Below the pieces are notes generated by a model. The model had not been told where the DNA came from. It worked only from the letters and a program-made list of their open reading frames with translations, and made no database searches. From Hemiscyllium ocellatum (Eukaryota): 64,000 bases of DNA. Each line of letters starts with the position of its first letter. The stretch's first letter is position 1. This document shows positions 1-13,180 of this stretch, in pieces. The stretch covers positions 38,589,090-38,653,089 of the forward strand of contig NC_083435.1 in assembly GCF_020745735.1 (NCBI RefSeq), in the 5' to 3' direction. Position numbers and translations under genes: made by a program.

Positions 1-654
1 ACAGGGAACTCCCAAATTCCACTGTTTAAAAAAATCTTTAACTCCAAAGGAGAACATTAAACAATAATTATTTACAAATGTAAGGCTCCTTTCTCTTAAA
101 AACGTATCCACCTCCCACTCTATAGCAATATACTGATCCAATAAAGCCCCTATTAAATTTACATCAGCTTAATTTTCAAAACCTAACAACAACTGCCTGG
201 TTTCTGGTGTTGATCTTCCTCTGTTTCCCTGTATTATCTTAGGTCTTCTGCTGTAAAGATTTTTCATGTGAAAAAGGGTACCTTTCAGAGAGAAGAGTTG
301 TGGGCAGTCTGGATGACAATAGCTAACTGTTGAAAATGCCTGCTTTTATACCCCAAAACATTGGTTCATCTAATTGGTTTGATGCGGTCAAAACATTAAA
401 ATTCAAATTTGATTGGGTTTTAGTATCTTGGGGCATAATTAAGACTGATTAGCTAAATTCAAATTGTTTTGAAAACATAGCAACCCCAAGTCCTGGTAGT
501 TGTTTCACAGCCAAATACTTTCAATATTCTAGTACACTAGGTGCTTGCCAGCATTCACGCTTTCTTAAAGGTATAATACATGCCTACAACTTCATAACAT
601 TGAGTATGATGATATTTATGGAAGCCTCCTCTTCCAGTGAGTTGTTTAATCAGG

Positions 655-800
655 GAGAAAAAAATTAACCAGGAGATTAACTTCTACTCCTGTGAGGTCT
701 GACTCCGAGCTGGCTGGCCATAGCCAATGTGTACTATGGGTTTTTATTTTCTGAGAGAAAAAAATATAAGCAGGAGATTAGAATCTCCTCAGTCGAGAAT
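655..800. repeat. Unclassified dispersed repeat ('repeat X'), two tandem units
   Basis: Units resemble AAAAAATATATAACCAGGGGATTCAGAATCTCCTCACTTCAGGGACTGACTCCGAGCTGGCTGGCCACAGCC; the same units recur at 57250-59830 and 61690-61790. Confidence 0.6.
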
Positions 801-849
801 TGAATCTGATGAAAGAAAAAAAGAATGAGTTGTTTAATTGTCCACCTCT

Positions 850-1880
850 AATTCATGACTGGATGTGACACGACTGCAGAGCTCAGATCTGATCCATTGG
901 TTGTGAGATCACTTAGCTCTGTCTGTCTCTTGCTGCTCATGCTGCCTGTCATGCAAGTCGTTCTGTCTGGTGGCTTCACAAGGTTGACACCTCATCTTCA
1001 GGTATATCTGGTGCTGCTCCTGGCATGCCCTCCTCAACTCTCCATTGAACCAGGGTTGATCCCCTGGCTTATGGTAATGGTTGAGTGGGGAATATGCTGG
1101 GCCTTGAGGTTACAGTTCTGCTGCTGTTGATGGCCCACAGCGCCTCATGCATGCCCAGTCTTGAGTTGCTAGGTCTGTTCGAAGTCTGTTCTATTTAGCA
1201 CAGTGACAATGCCGCACAACACTATGGAGGGTATTCTCAATGTGAAGATAGGACTTTGACTCCACGAGGAGTGTGCAGTGGTTGCTCTTACCAATACCGA
1301 TATGGACAGATACGTCTGCAGCCGGCTTCCTTCAAGTGTTGTTCAACATGGAGGAGTACTGATTCATCAGGACAGTATGTAGTAATCAGCCGGAGGTTAT
1401 GTTGCCATATTTAACCTGAAGACGCAAGACTTCATGAGATCTGGAGTCAATGTTGTGCCTCCCAGAGCGACTCCCTCCTGACTGTATCCCACTGTCCTCT
1501 GCTGGGTCTGTCCTGACAGTGAGACAGCAATCATTAGAGTGGTGCTAAAAAAGCACAGCAGGTCAGGCAGCATCTGAGGAGCAGGAAAAAACTTTCTGTG
1601 CTTTTCCAACACTATTCTAATCTTGACTCTAATCTCCAGCATCTATAGTACCTACTTTCGCCAAGTGAGGCAAGACATATCTAGGGATGGTGATAGTGTC
1701 TGGGTCATTATCTGTAAGGTAGGATTCATGAGTATGACTATATAATGCTGTTGAATGACAATTTTGGCACCAACCCCCCAGATGTTAGTAGGGAGGCCTT
1801 TGCAAGGTCTTTTCCAGTGCCTGGGCTGATGCCAGGCGATCCGTCCAGTTCAATTTCTTTGAGACTTTGTAGCGATTGGT
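850..1880 (-). mobile_element. Decayed LINE fragment (CR1/L2 group)
   Basis: About 960-1070 is the reverse complement of about 2600-2710, which lies in a plus-strand copy whose 3' part has LINE RT-end sequence. Confidence 0.55.
1545..1665. mobile_element. Short Penelope-terminus-derived insert
   Basis: GCACAGCAGGTCAGGCAGCATC...CTCCAGCATCT..AGT..CTACTTTC matches the termini of the Penelope copies at 26302 and 46510. Confidence 0.55.
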
Positions 1881-2118
1881 ACAACTGAATTGGCTTGCTA
1901 AGGGCAGTTGAGAGTCAACCCAATTGCTGGTGTTCTGGAGTCACATGTAGGGCAAGTCAGGTAAGGATGGCAGATTTCCTTCCCTGAAGGACATTAGTGA
2001 ACGAGATGGGTTTTTCTAACAATTAACAATGGTTTTAGGGTCATCATTAGATACTTAATTCCAGATTTCTTTTTAAAATTGAATTTGAATTCCACCACCT
2101 GCCGTGGTGGGATTTGAA
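1880..2118 (-). mobile_element. tRNA-type SINE, same family as 12900-13180
   Basis: Reverse-complement similarity to 12900-13180 (GTGACTCCAGA, GTTCACTAAT, B-box-like GGTTCAAATCCCAC). Confidence 0.55.
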
Positions 2119-2239
2119 TCCGGGTTCACACGCCAAACAACCTTGTTATGCAGAAAATTGCTCACGACAAAATCTTTGGATTTCGGAGCTTTTCGGATTT
2201 TGGCATTTCGGATAAAATTGTGTACCTGTACCACTAGTA

Positions 2240-3335
2240 CTACTGATGGATTTGGTCAGGTCCTAAAGGACATAGCTGCTAAACTGGTCTGCAGCAGGTG
2301 GTGAGGGAACCAACAAGAGGGAAAAACATACTTAACATCATCCTTCCCAATTTGTCAGCTGCAGATGCATCTGTCCACAGCACTTGTGAGGACAAAGTCC
2401 CTCCTTCATGTTGAGAATAACCTTCATTGTTTTGTGTGGCACTATCACTATACTAAATGGGACAAACTTTGAACAGATCTAGCAACTCAAAACTGGGCAT
2501 CCATGAAGTGCATGAAGGTGCATCATCGGAGCAGAATTCAGTCCAACACAATCTGTAACGTCATGGCCCAGCATATCTCCAGTCAATCATTACCATCAAA
2601 CCAGGGGATCAACCCTCATTCAATGGAGAGTGCAGGAGGGCATGCCAGGAACAGCATCACGCATTCCTGAAGGTGAGGGGTCAACCTGGTGGAGCCACCA
2701 AACAGGAGTCCTTGGGTGCCAAACAGAATAAGCAGAAAGTGGAAGGCACTTATGTCAGCTCTAGGACATCTCTGCAGGAATTCCTTGGGAGTTCCTCCTC
2801 GGCCCAACCATCTTCAGCTGCTTCATCAATGACTTTCCATCATATGGTCAGAAGTGGGGATGTTCACCAATGATTGTTAAATGTTCAGTACCATTGGCGA
2901 CTCCTCACACACTTAAGCAGTCTGTGTCCAAATGCAACAAGATTTGAATAGCTTGGGCTGACAAGTGGCAAGTAACATTCAAGCCACACAAATGCCAGGC
3001 TATGACCATCACTAACAACAGACAATCTAATCACTGACCCTTGATGGTGTTACTATCACTGAATTCCCCACTGTCAATATCCTGGGAGTTATCATTAACT
3101 AGAAACTCATCTGAACTCACCACATAAACACAATGGCTACAGAGGTTAGGAACAGTACAGTGAGTTATCTGCCTTCTGAATCCTCCAATGCCTGTCCACC
3201 ATCAAAAAGGCACAAGTCAGGAGTGTGATGGAATACTCCCCACTTGCCTGGATAAGTACAACTCCAACAACACTCAAGAAACTTGACACATCCAGGAAAA
3301 AGCAGCCAGTAGATTTGTCGACCATAATTGCCCTT
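2240..3335 (+). mobile_element. Decayed LINE fragment (CR1/L2 group), RT 3' region
   Basis: Typical end-of-RT sequence TGGGCTGACAAGTGGCAAGTAACATTC...ATCCTGGGAGTT...CAGAAACT; no intact ORF. Confidence 0.55.
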
Positions 3336-3559
3336 TCAGAAGTCTCCGTCACTATTTTCCAAACACACTGCTATTAAATCTTTTAATAATGGACTCAAAC
3401 ATTTTCCCCAATAGTGACATCAGGCTAACCACTGTTCAAACTGGACAGCTCTGTACCAGTCTTAAAACCTGTCTTTAAAAGAGAATGACAAAATAACTTC
3501 TTAAAACCATAGCATCATCACAATATGAAAAGAAAGAACTAGTGAAGACAAATGTACAA

Positions 3560-6020
3560 AGAAAAAAGAAAGAGAACAAAGAAAATTTACAGCCCAGGAA
3601 CAGGCCCTTCGGCCCTCCAAGCCTGAGCTAATCCAAATGTACTGTCTAAACCTGTCGCCCAATTCCTAAGCATCTGTATCCCTCTGCTCTCCACCTACTC
3701 ATGCACTTATCCAGACGCATCTTCAATGAATCTATCGTGCCTGCCTCTACCACCCCTGCTGGCAGCGCGTTCCAAACACCCACCACACTCTGTGTGAAGT
3801 ACTTGCCACATGTATCCCCCTTGAACCTTCCACCTCTCACCTTAAAGCGTGACCTCTCATTATCGAATCCCTCACCCTGGGAAAAAGCTTGTCTCTATCC
3901 ACACTGTCTATACCCTTCATGATTTTATAAACCTCACTCAGGTCTCCCCTTAATCTCCTTTTTTCTAATGAAAACAATCCTAACCTACTCAACCCCTCTT
4001 TATAGCTCACACCTTCCATACCAGGCAACATCCTCATAAACCCTCTCTGCACCCTCTCCAAAGCGTCCACATCCTTTTGGTAATGTGGTGACCAGAACTG
4101 TACACAGTATTCTAAATGTGGCCGAACCAATGTCTTGTACAATGTTAACATGACCTGCCAGCTCTTATACTCAATACCCCGTCCAATGAAGGCAAGCATA
4201 CAATATGCCTTCTTGACCACTCTATTCACCTGTGCAGCAACCTTCAGGGTACAATGGACCTGCACTCCCAGAGCTCTCTCTGCCCATCAACTTTTCCCAA
4301 GGCTCTTCCGTTCATTATATAATTCGCACTAGAATTAGACTTGCCTAAACGCATCACCTCACATTTGTCTGGATTGAAATCCATCTGCCACTTCTCGACC
4401 CAACTCTCCAGTCTATTTATTTTCCCCTGTATTCTCTGACAGTCCCTTATGCTTTCTGCTGCTCCACCAATCTTCGTGTCATCTGCAAACTTACTGATCA
4501 TACCAACAGTGCCCTCTTCCAGATCATTTATGTAGATTACAAACAACAGTAGCCCCAACACTGACCCCTGTGGAACACCACTGGTCACTTTTCTCCTTTT
4601 CGAGAAACTCCCTTCAACTACTACTCTCTGTCTGCTGTTGCTCAACCAGTTTTTTATCCACCTGCTAGAACACTTGCACACCATGTGACTTCACTTTCTC
4701 CATCAGTCTACCATAGGGAACCTTATCAAACGCCTTACTAAAGTTCATGTATATGACACCTACAGCCCTTCTTCATCAATCAAATATTGGTCACTTCCTC
4801 GAAGAACTTTATTAAGTTGGTAAGGCACGATCTCCCCCGCACAAAATCATTTTGCCTTCACTGATAAGCTCAGTCTTTTAATGATATAAATAGATCCTAT
4901 CCCTCAGTACCTTCTCCAGCAACTTTCCCACCACCGACGTATCCCTACTACCCTTCTTGTACAGGGGACAACATGAGCAACCCTCCAGTCCACTGGCACC
5001 TCACCTGTGTTCATGGATGCCACAAAGATATCTATCAGGGCCCCAGCTATTTCCTCTCTTGCCTCCCTCAGCAACCTGGGAGAGATCCCATCTGGTCCTG
5101 GGAATTTGTCCACCTTAACACCCAACACATCTTCCCTACTTATGTCAACGTGATCCAGACTAATCAAACTTCTATCTCTAATCTCAAGATTCATCATGTT
5201 CCTCTCCTCAGTGAACACTGATGCAGAGTAATCATTCAGAATCTCACTCATTGTCTCAGGTTCAACACACAGCCTTCCTTCGTTATCCTTTAGTGGACCA
5301 ATCCTTTCTCTAGTTACCCGCTTGCTTCTTATATAAGAATAAAATGCTTTGGGATTCTCCTTAATTCTGCTCGCTAAAGCTATTTCATGACCCCTTTTAG
5401 CCCACTTGATTCTTCCTTTAAGACTTGTCCTACTCTTCCGAGATTCTTCAGGGCCCGTTCTGTTCTTAGCTGCCTAGACCTTATGTATGCTTCCCTTTTC
5501 CTCTTGGCTAGTCGCACAATTTCTCCTGTCATCCACGGTTCACAAATCTTACCCTTCCTATCCTTTACCTTCAACGGGACATGCCTATCCTGCACTATCT
5601 TTGAAAACCTCCCACTTCTGAAATGTGGACTTCCCTTCAAATAGCGATATCCAATCCACATTTCCCAGCTCCTGCCTAATTTTGATATAATTGGCCTTGG
5701 CCCAGTTTAGCACTCTTCCCTTAGGACCACTCTCTTCTTTATCTACGAGTATTCTAAAACTTACAGAATTGTGGTCCCTGTTCCCAAAGAAATCCCCCAC
5801 CGCAACTTCTACCACCTGTCCTGGCTCGTTCCCCAACACCAGGTCCAATATCTTCCCTCATCAGGCAATTAACATACTGCTCTAGAAAATTCTCCTGGGC
5901 ACTTCTTACAAATTCTATCCCACCCAGACCTCTGACATTAAGTGTATCCCAGTCAATGTTGGGAAAATGAAAATCTACCATCACCACCACCCTATTGCCT
6001 CTACATCTTTCCATAGATCC
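3560..6020 (-). mobile_element. CR1 LINE, ORF2 (endonuclease + RT) remnants with 3' tail
   Basis: Fragments read VDFHFPNIDW, SGVPQGSVLG, SKFADDTKIG and RPHLEYCVQFWSP; AAGAACAAAG microsatellite tail at about 3560-3585. Confidence 0.92.
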
Positions 6021-6169
6021 ATAGATCCCTTCAGAAACAGAAAGTTATAATGGGAGGAGCAAAGAGTTGACAGGCCAATTAAAAATATAATATAATTTTG
6101 TCCTCATAAAAGAGAACATAATTGGTACCCCAAAAATATTAGGAAACACATGAGAGAGAGGAACAGAAG

Positions 6170-6760
6170 GAAATCAGTATTAGTAGGGAAATGGTGTTGG
6201 GGGACGTTGAAGGGTTTAATGGACAGATCCCTTGAGCCCAATAATCTACTTCCTACAGTATTGAAGGAAGTTCCCCTAAAATGTGTGGATGCATTGGCTG
6301 TCATCTTTTTAGATTCTGTCGTTTCTAGAACTGTTGCTATGGATTGGACGGTAGCTAATGTAACCCCATTATTTAAAAAGGGAGACAGAGAGAAAACCAG
6401 GAATTATAGAGTGGTTAGCCTGATGTCACTATTGGGGAAAATGTTTGAGTCCATTATTAAAAGATTTAATAGCAGTGTGTTTGGAAAATAGTGACGGAGA
6501 CTTCTGAAAGGGCAATTATGGTCGACAAATCTCCTGGAATTTTCAAAGGATGTAACTAGTTCATTGGGGGAGTCAGTAGATGTGGTTTACCTGGACTATC
6601 AGAAGGTCCCATAGCATGTAAAATTAAAGTATATGAATTGACATGGATAGAGAGCTGGCTGTAGTCAGGAAACAAGAGTAGGAATAAATGGGTCATTTTC
6701 CGGTGGGCAGCCAGTGACCAGTGGGGTATGGTAGGGATCAGTGCTTGGACCCCAGCTAAC
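6170..6760 (+). mobile_element. CR1 RT fragment
   Basis: DWTVANVTPLFKKGDREKTRNYRVVSL motif. Confidence 0.85.
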
Positions 6761-6859
6761 ATGTGCAAGTCTGAAAGTGAAAAGCAAAGAACTAGAGTTT
6801 TAGATTTGTACACAGCCAACTTTAACAAAATCAAACAGAGACTATCCACGGTAAATTGG

Positions 6860-9060
6860 GGAAATCTGCCAACTGGTCAAACAACTGGAACACAGTGAAG
6901 ATTATTTAAAAAAAACATTCAAAACAATACAAAATCAGTTTACAATCCTGAGAGGGAAAAGCTCCATTTCACAGAAAAATACATCCAGGACAACTGAACA
7001 GATAAGAGTAAAGCTGAAATAAAGGACTTACAAAAATGAAAAATAAAAGCACAGAGTCTTCTGAATGGCAAAGATACAAAGACAACTCAAGAACCACAAA
7101 GCAGCTTATAGGAGTTATTGTAAAGGATTATTAAAGGAACGTTGACAGGAACATCAAAATCAAGAAGTGTTATAACTACATAAAGGAAATGGTCAGGAGC
7201 AATGTTTGCCTACTAAAGACTGGAAGTGGGGATAATGTCAATGACTATCAGGAAATGGCAGACATGTTGAATAATTACTTTGCCTCAATAGAAGAAAGTA
7301 AAACATTTACAGCAGTAAAGGAGAAAAGCTTGTCGGAAGTTAATAGTAGATTGGGAGCACAGATTGAATAAAAATTTACATTATATAACACATTCGGAAT
7401 GAAGAAATTAATGGAATTAAAGAGTGACAAATCCCGGGACCTGACGGTTTCCATCCAAGGATGTTAAAGGAAGTAGAGGAGCTTTCAGCGTTCGCCCTAT
7501 ACAGAAATCAACCCTTTAGATGGAAAAATTGTACACGTCGCTCTGCTCTTTAAGAAGGTAGAAAGAGGAAAGCCAGGAAAGTTTAGACCAGTTAGCCTAA
7601 TATCTGTGGTGGAGACATTGTTGGAGTCTATAATTAAGGATAGGTCACCTACACACCTTGAAAAGTTTCAGTTAATCAGGGAGAGCCAACATGGATGTAG
7701 TGACAGGTAGTTCATGCCTGACAAACCTCTTTGAAGTTTTTGGAAAGGTGATTAATGTCTATGGATGTTGTTTATATTGACTTCGAGAAGGCATTTGATA
7801 AAGTCCCACATAAGAGAGTGTTAACTAAGGTCAAAGCTTACAGAACTGAGAGCAAATTACTGATAGGGCTGGAAAATTCCTTGAGTGGCAGGTGACAAAG
7901 TAGAGATAATGGGTAGGTCCTCAAATTGGCAGGATAGGGCCAGCTGTCCCACATAGCTCTGTGTTGGTGCCTAAAGTATTCACGTTATTTATTACTTGGA
8001 TAATGGCATAGAAAGTCACATATCCAAATTTGTTGATGACAAAATTAAACAACATTATAAACAGTGTACATGGTGGCATATAATTACAAGTGATATTGAT
8101 AGACTAAGTGAATGGGTAAAACTGTGGCAATTACATAAGAACATAAGAACTAGGAGCAGGAGTAGGCAGCCCGGCCCTTTGAGCCTGCTCCACCATTCAA
8201 TAAGATCATGGCTGATGTTTTCATGGACTCAGATCCACTTACCTGCCCTCTCACCATATCCCTTCATTCCTTTAATCTTTAAAACCATTTACTGAAGTAG
8301 TGTTAACTACTTCACTACGCAAATTCAATCGAAGTAAGTGTGAGATTATCCATTTTGAAACAAAAAAAAGGCTAGATCATTTCTTGATGGTATGAAAGTG
8401 AATACAGTGGATGTCCACAGATTTGGGGGTTCAGGTGCATAGATCTTTACAATGTCACAAACAGCTGCACAAAATAATCAAGAAAACTAACCTTTATATC
8501 TAGAGAACGGAGTATAAGTTGCTGAAGTTACAGATGCAGAAGTTACACTACAGTTATAAACCCATAACTAGAACCCACTTGGAGTGCTGTGAGCAGACCA
8601 CACCTTAGAAAGGAAATAATCATCTTGGAGGGAGTACAATGCAGGTTTACAAGAATGATACCTGGACTTCAGGAGTTATGAGGTCAGATTGTAGAAATGA
8701 GGCTTCTCTTCATTGTAGAATTTAGAAGGTTAAGGGGTGATCTGATCGAAATTTTCAAGCTATTGACAGGCAAAGACAGGACTGATAAAGATAAACTATA
8801 TCCACAGGTTGGGGATTCCAGGATTAGGGTTACAGCCTGTCAATTCGGGAGGTTCACTAGAGATATTCAGAAGCACTTCTACACTCAAAGGGTAGTAGAT
8901 GTTCGGAACTCTCTCCGACAGGCAGCAGTGGATGCTGGATCAGTTGTTAATTTTAAATCTGACATAAATAAGTTATTGTTAAATCGAAGTGTTAAGGAAT
9001 GGGCCAAAGGCAGTACATGGAATTAGATCATGGATCAGCCATGATCTCACTGACTGGTGG
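6860..9060 (+). mobile_element. Heavily decayed CR1 ORF2, with an inverted CR1 tail nested at about 8130-8290
   Basis: DFEKAFDKVPH-like sequence at about 7775-7810, ISKFVDD, RRLRGDLIEIFK, and the CR1 3' UTR motif GATCAGCCATGATC. Confidence 0.8.
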
Positions 9061-10094
9061 AATTAGTCAAGTTCCATCTCATGACCCCACATCAGAGTTG
9101 ACCACACCATGTATAGAGAGAGCCATTCCATTGTCCTGGCCTGTGGTTCAAGGGTTATCAAAGAGAAAACAACTTTATCTTTCGAAACAATGATTCTAGG
9201 GAAGGAGCAATGGTTCAAACAAGACCACAGATGTGAACATGGGCTGCTTCAGTTAAATGGAAAAAGCTTGGGGGGAATAAAATGCCACAATATCTATAAT
9301 TGCTACTATTGAGATATTAATGAATTATTTGACCTCAAACACTATCACACTTACTTTGTAGGTATTGATTTAAATCTAACTTTTTAAATAAAATACAGCC
9401 TTAGTATGGCTTCTCTTCAAATCAAAAACTAAGCAGAAGTGAGGAAGTATAAAATTGACAAATCTAGTGCTTGCAGAGGGATGTGCACCAGAAAAAGAGA
9501 TTGACCAACTGGGAGGTGAGCAGTTACTGTGGCAATCCAAGTGGGATTGACCTTAGTTAAATGCCTCATTTTAGTGAACAGTGTGAAGTATTCAACCACA
9601 GTTTATCCATTAATTCATGTTTACCTCACATTACTTCTTGATGTTAGATTTGATTTGTGGGTTTTACCTATCTATCTTTAAAAAGAAAGTTTATCTTGTT
9701 TCTTTAAAACCATGAAATTTTGTGGCATCATTCTCTTACTAAGTACTTGGGATTTCAAACTTCATCTAATCAAAACAAAAATTACTGGTCCTAAACTGGA
9801 TTATTGCTAAATCTAGGGATTGGATCTGGGATCACAGCCTGTCTTAGAGAATTTAACCTCAGCTTGAGCAAAACTACGTGTTTGCTCAGTGAAAGTAGAA
9901 TCTGATAAACAATAAGGAAATCTGCCTGGAATAATCATGTATTTATATAATTCCTGACCTCACCACACTATCTGCTCTACATCACTAGATATGACAAAAC
10001 AGGCTGCTCAGTAGGAATATCACACAATCAAGTTGAAGGTCAGATCAAATAATTGTTTTTCAACAAATTACACAAATACCTATATAAAACCAGT

Positions 10095-10330
10095 TAAAAT
10101 CACCCAGCTAGCCATAGATGTCAGTCCAGTAGCCTAGGTTAGCCTTGTCCTAAAAAGACAAGAATGGAAACTCAACAACTGTTACAACGGCAAACCAGTC
10201 TCTAACACTTCATAGAACAATATTACTCATAAACAGTAAGTGCTCTCAATCAGATGAAGTATTTCATTCCTATTTGTATAAAGTGTGTCTGAAGTCACAA
10301 CTGATTGTATGCCATAAGTAATCCTTTTCA
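10095..10330 (+). mobile_element. Ancient Gypsy RNase H remnant
   Basis: Manual translation gives IDVSPVA* and NQSLT...EVFHSYLYK...IVCHK, resembling DASPVGLG...SRSLT...FHxYLYG...TDHKPL. Confidence 0.4.
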
Positions 10331-11199
10331 TAAACTACATGACAAGCCAACTTGTTAATCAAGTACGGAAAATCAAATTATAACAATACAAATTCATGCT
10401 GAGTACCAACCAGGCGAGCTCAACCCAGCAGATTATCTTTTGTGACACCTGTTGCTAACAGTCAGAATGCCTAGTTGTGTGGAAGAGGTTACTGTTCAAC
10501 ATTTCTTTTTACAAAAGGCTAAATACAGTGCCAAAGTCACTGGAACTAACAGATCAAATTGGCAATAAAACTAGCTCCTTAAAATGTTACAGCCGCCCTA
10601 ATCAAGTTAGCTTTCATTTCTTCTCTCTTTTACCTTTTATCATTTATAGTTGTTCTGTAATTATTTAATGCAATTCTTTAATATTAAGTCACTAATCCCT
10701 GTCACATTCAGGGTTGGGCTCTAAGTGAGACTGTATGAGCTTCCTTCTCTACACTGGGGCACTGAGACTGCATTCCCACATCCTGGGCAAAGTTCTGAGT
10801 CTTTTGCAGCTTTGAACATCAGTCTCCCAGCTGCTGTGTCCCAGACTTCTTCTGGACACATCCCTCACCAGCGTGGAACCCGTGACCTGTCCCTGCCATC
10901 CCAAGTCCCCAAGACCTTTCCCAAGCCCTGTCCATATGCAAAGTGCTCCTGGGATTTCAGTGACCCTTCAGTTCATTGGAACTAACTGCAACACCTTAGC
11001 TATATGGAGTCTCTAACTGTGTCTCTCCAACTGCTCCTGACTGACCCTTAACTGATCAGGGAGACCTGTCAAAACCCTTGCACCAAGCTTGCACATCTGT
11101 TCCAAGGCAGAATCAAATGTAACACCCATTGGGACATTTGGTACTTAAATGTTACAATCTCCACAAGTGATAACCTACCACAGCTAAAAAATATGATAA

Positions 11200-12800
11200 T
11201 TTTATCATGGACATTGTAGCCATGCGTGCAGCTGTGTCTCCAGCTCACTCAGTGTGCCCGCAGACTGGATTGTCATTATGTTTGTCTCCCCTTACAAGGC
11301 CCTGATGTACAAACTGAAATGCCTCAGCAGCTGAATGGATTCCAAAACTCAACCACTTCAATCCAAACATCTGAGTGCAGAATACTACAAGATACTGAAT
11401 TCATTCTACAAATGTCATTTGATGGTTTCCTGCATTGAGGTCAATTTTAGTGAAGTGTACTTTTCTGTGCTTTCTCTATTATGTTGTCAGTTGTCATTGT
11501 CTAAAGTCTTTCTCGCTTTATAGTTTATTAAGAGGATAGCAATGCAGATTCTCAGCTGTTTCTCACTCCTACGTTTGTTGGTGACTTAGGGGTAAATATA
11601 GGGCAGGGAGAATGGGTCTGGGTGGGTTACACTTCAGAGAGTTAGTGTGGACTTGCTGGGCCGAAGGGCCTGTTTCCATACTGTAAGGAATCTAATCTAA
11701 TGTGTGGGATGCAAAGTTTAGCCTCATCCTCAACTTTTGAAGTCATTTCAAAGAAATGCTGAGATTCCTCAGTTTGTTTTGAATGTGTTAAGTGTTAGCT
11801 GGGTGTCATTGCTGCACCGTTGGGGATATATTGACATCTATGTACAACTCACCTTCCAGTTTACCAAAGGTAGTAAAGCAGTCAGCGTCCCCACCGTCCA
11901 ACCCCACCGCCCCGTGGCTGCAAACTTCAACTCCCTCTCCCACTCCATCAAGGACACGCAGGCTCTGGGCATCCTCCATCAAACCCTAACCACCCAACGC
12001 CTGGAGGAAGAATGCCTCATTGTCTGCCTCGGGACCCTGCAACTACTTGGGATCAATGTGAATTTCACCAGTTTCCCCATTTCCCTTCCCCCACCTTATT
12101 CCAGTCACAAGCCTCCAACTCGGCACCGCCCTCTTGACCTGTCCTACCTGTCCATTTTCCTTTCCATTTATCTGCTCCTCTCTGATCTATCACCCTCCTG
12201 CCCTACCTCTATCTACCTATCGCCTTCCCAGCTACTTTCCCTCCCAACGCCACCTCCTCCTATTCATCTCTCAGCGCGGACCCACAAGCCTCATTCCTGA
12301 TGAAGGGCTTATGCCTGAAATGTCAATTCTCCTGCTCCTCAGATGCATCGTGAGCAGCTGTGCTTTCCCATCACCACACTGTCAACAGCGAGAAATACAA
12401 GAATGTTATTGGTATTGGTAGGAATTGTATATTTGATGGCAATCCTGTGCACACCTGTTTCAGTGTGAACACAACTGTGTCATATTCACTAGATGTGACA
12501 AACTACAGACTTCATTCTGGTATCTTTAAATCAGAGTGACATTTCAGAAGTTATGAGAAGTTTCAATTGTCTGTCTCTGTTATAAGGAAATTTTTACATT
12601 CTCTGGTTTGAAGTTTATAGTCTCCCAAAACATTTAAACCTGCTCTTGTATCAATCAGAGTTTTCCTGCCTGAGTAGTCGATGGTCACTGTAAGACATGG
12701 CTGATTACTGTATAATAAACAGAACACAAAATTATGATCAGGATCATTTGTCTCTATTATGGTGGCATTCTGTTGACGTTTCACTATGGCATGCATGGGG
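11200..12800 (-). mobile_element. Ancient Gypsy pol remnants (protease about 12630-12680; RT about 11250-11470), interrupted by a Penelope insert
   Basis: KTLIDTRAGLNVLG resembles LIDTGAxxNVL; FTKIDLNAGNHQ...LSFGIHSAAEAFQ resembles Gypsy RT motifs. Confidence 0.55.
11790..12385 (+). mobile_element. Penelope-like element, 3' fragment
   Basis: C-terminus PVAANFNSLSHS...QRLEEECLIVCLGTLQ followed by the CCTGATGAAGGGCTTATGCCTGAAA terminus. Confidence 0.8.
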
Positions 12801-12899
12801 GCAACCTCATGGTTTTACCAAATGATTGTGTTGATAAGTGACAAGAATGAGCAAAATGGTGAAGTTTACCACAAGATTTACTCTAATAGTTACCCATGG

Positions 12900-13180
12900 C
12901 AGAGGTGATGATGTGGTGGTACTGGGTTAATAATCTAGAATTGTAGACTAATATTCAGGGGACATGGGTTTGAATCCGACCAGATGGGGAAATCTGTATT
13001 TAATGAAATTATGGGTCATGTAACCACTGATTGTTGTAAAAATCCATCTGGTTCACTAATTTAGAGAAGAAAATCTGGCAGGCATACATGTGACTCCAGA
13101 CCCACTACAATGTTATTGACCTTAACTGCTCTCTGAGCAATTAGGACTGGACAATAAATGCTAGTCTAGTCTGGTCCACA
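12900..13180 (+). mobile_element. tRNA-type SINE
   Basis: B-box-like GGTTTGAATCC; shares its body with 1880-2118. Confidence 0.5.

Noticed and set aside
10700-11100. GC-richer unique-looking segment as a possible host exon
   Set aside because: No credible splice-site pair or recognisable protein in any frame.
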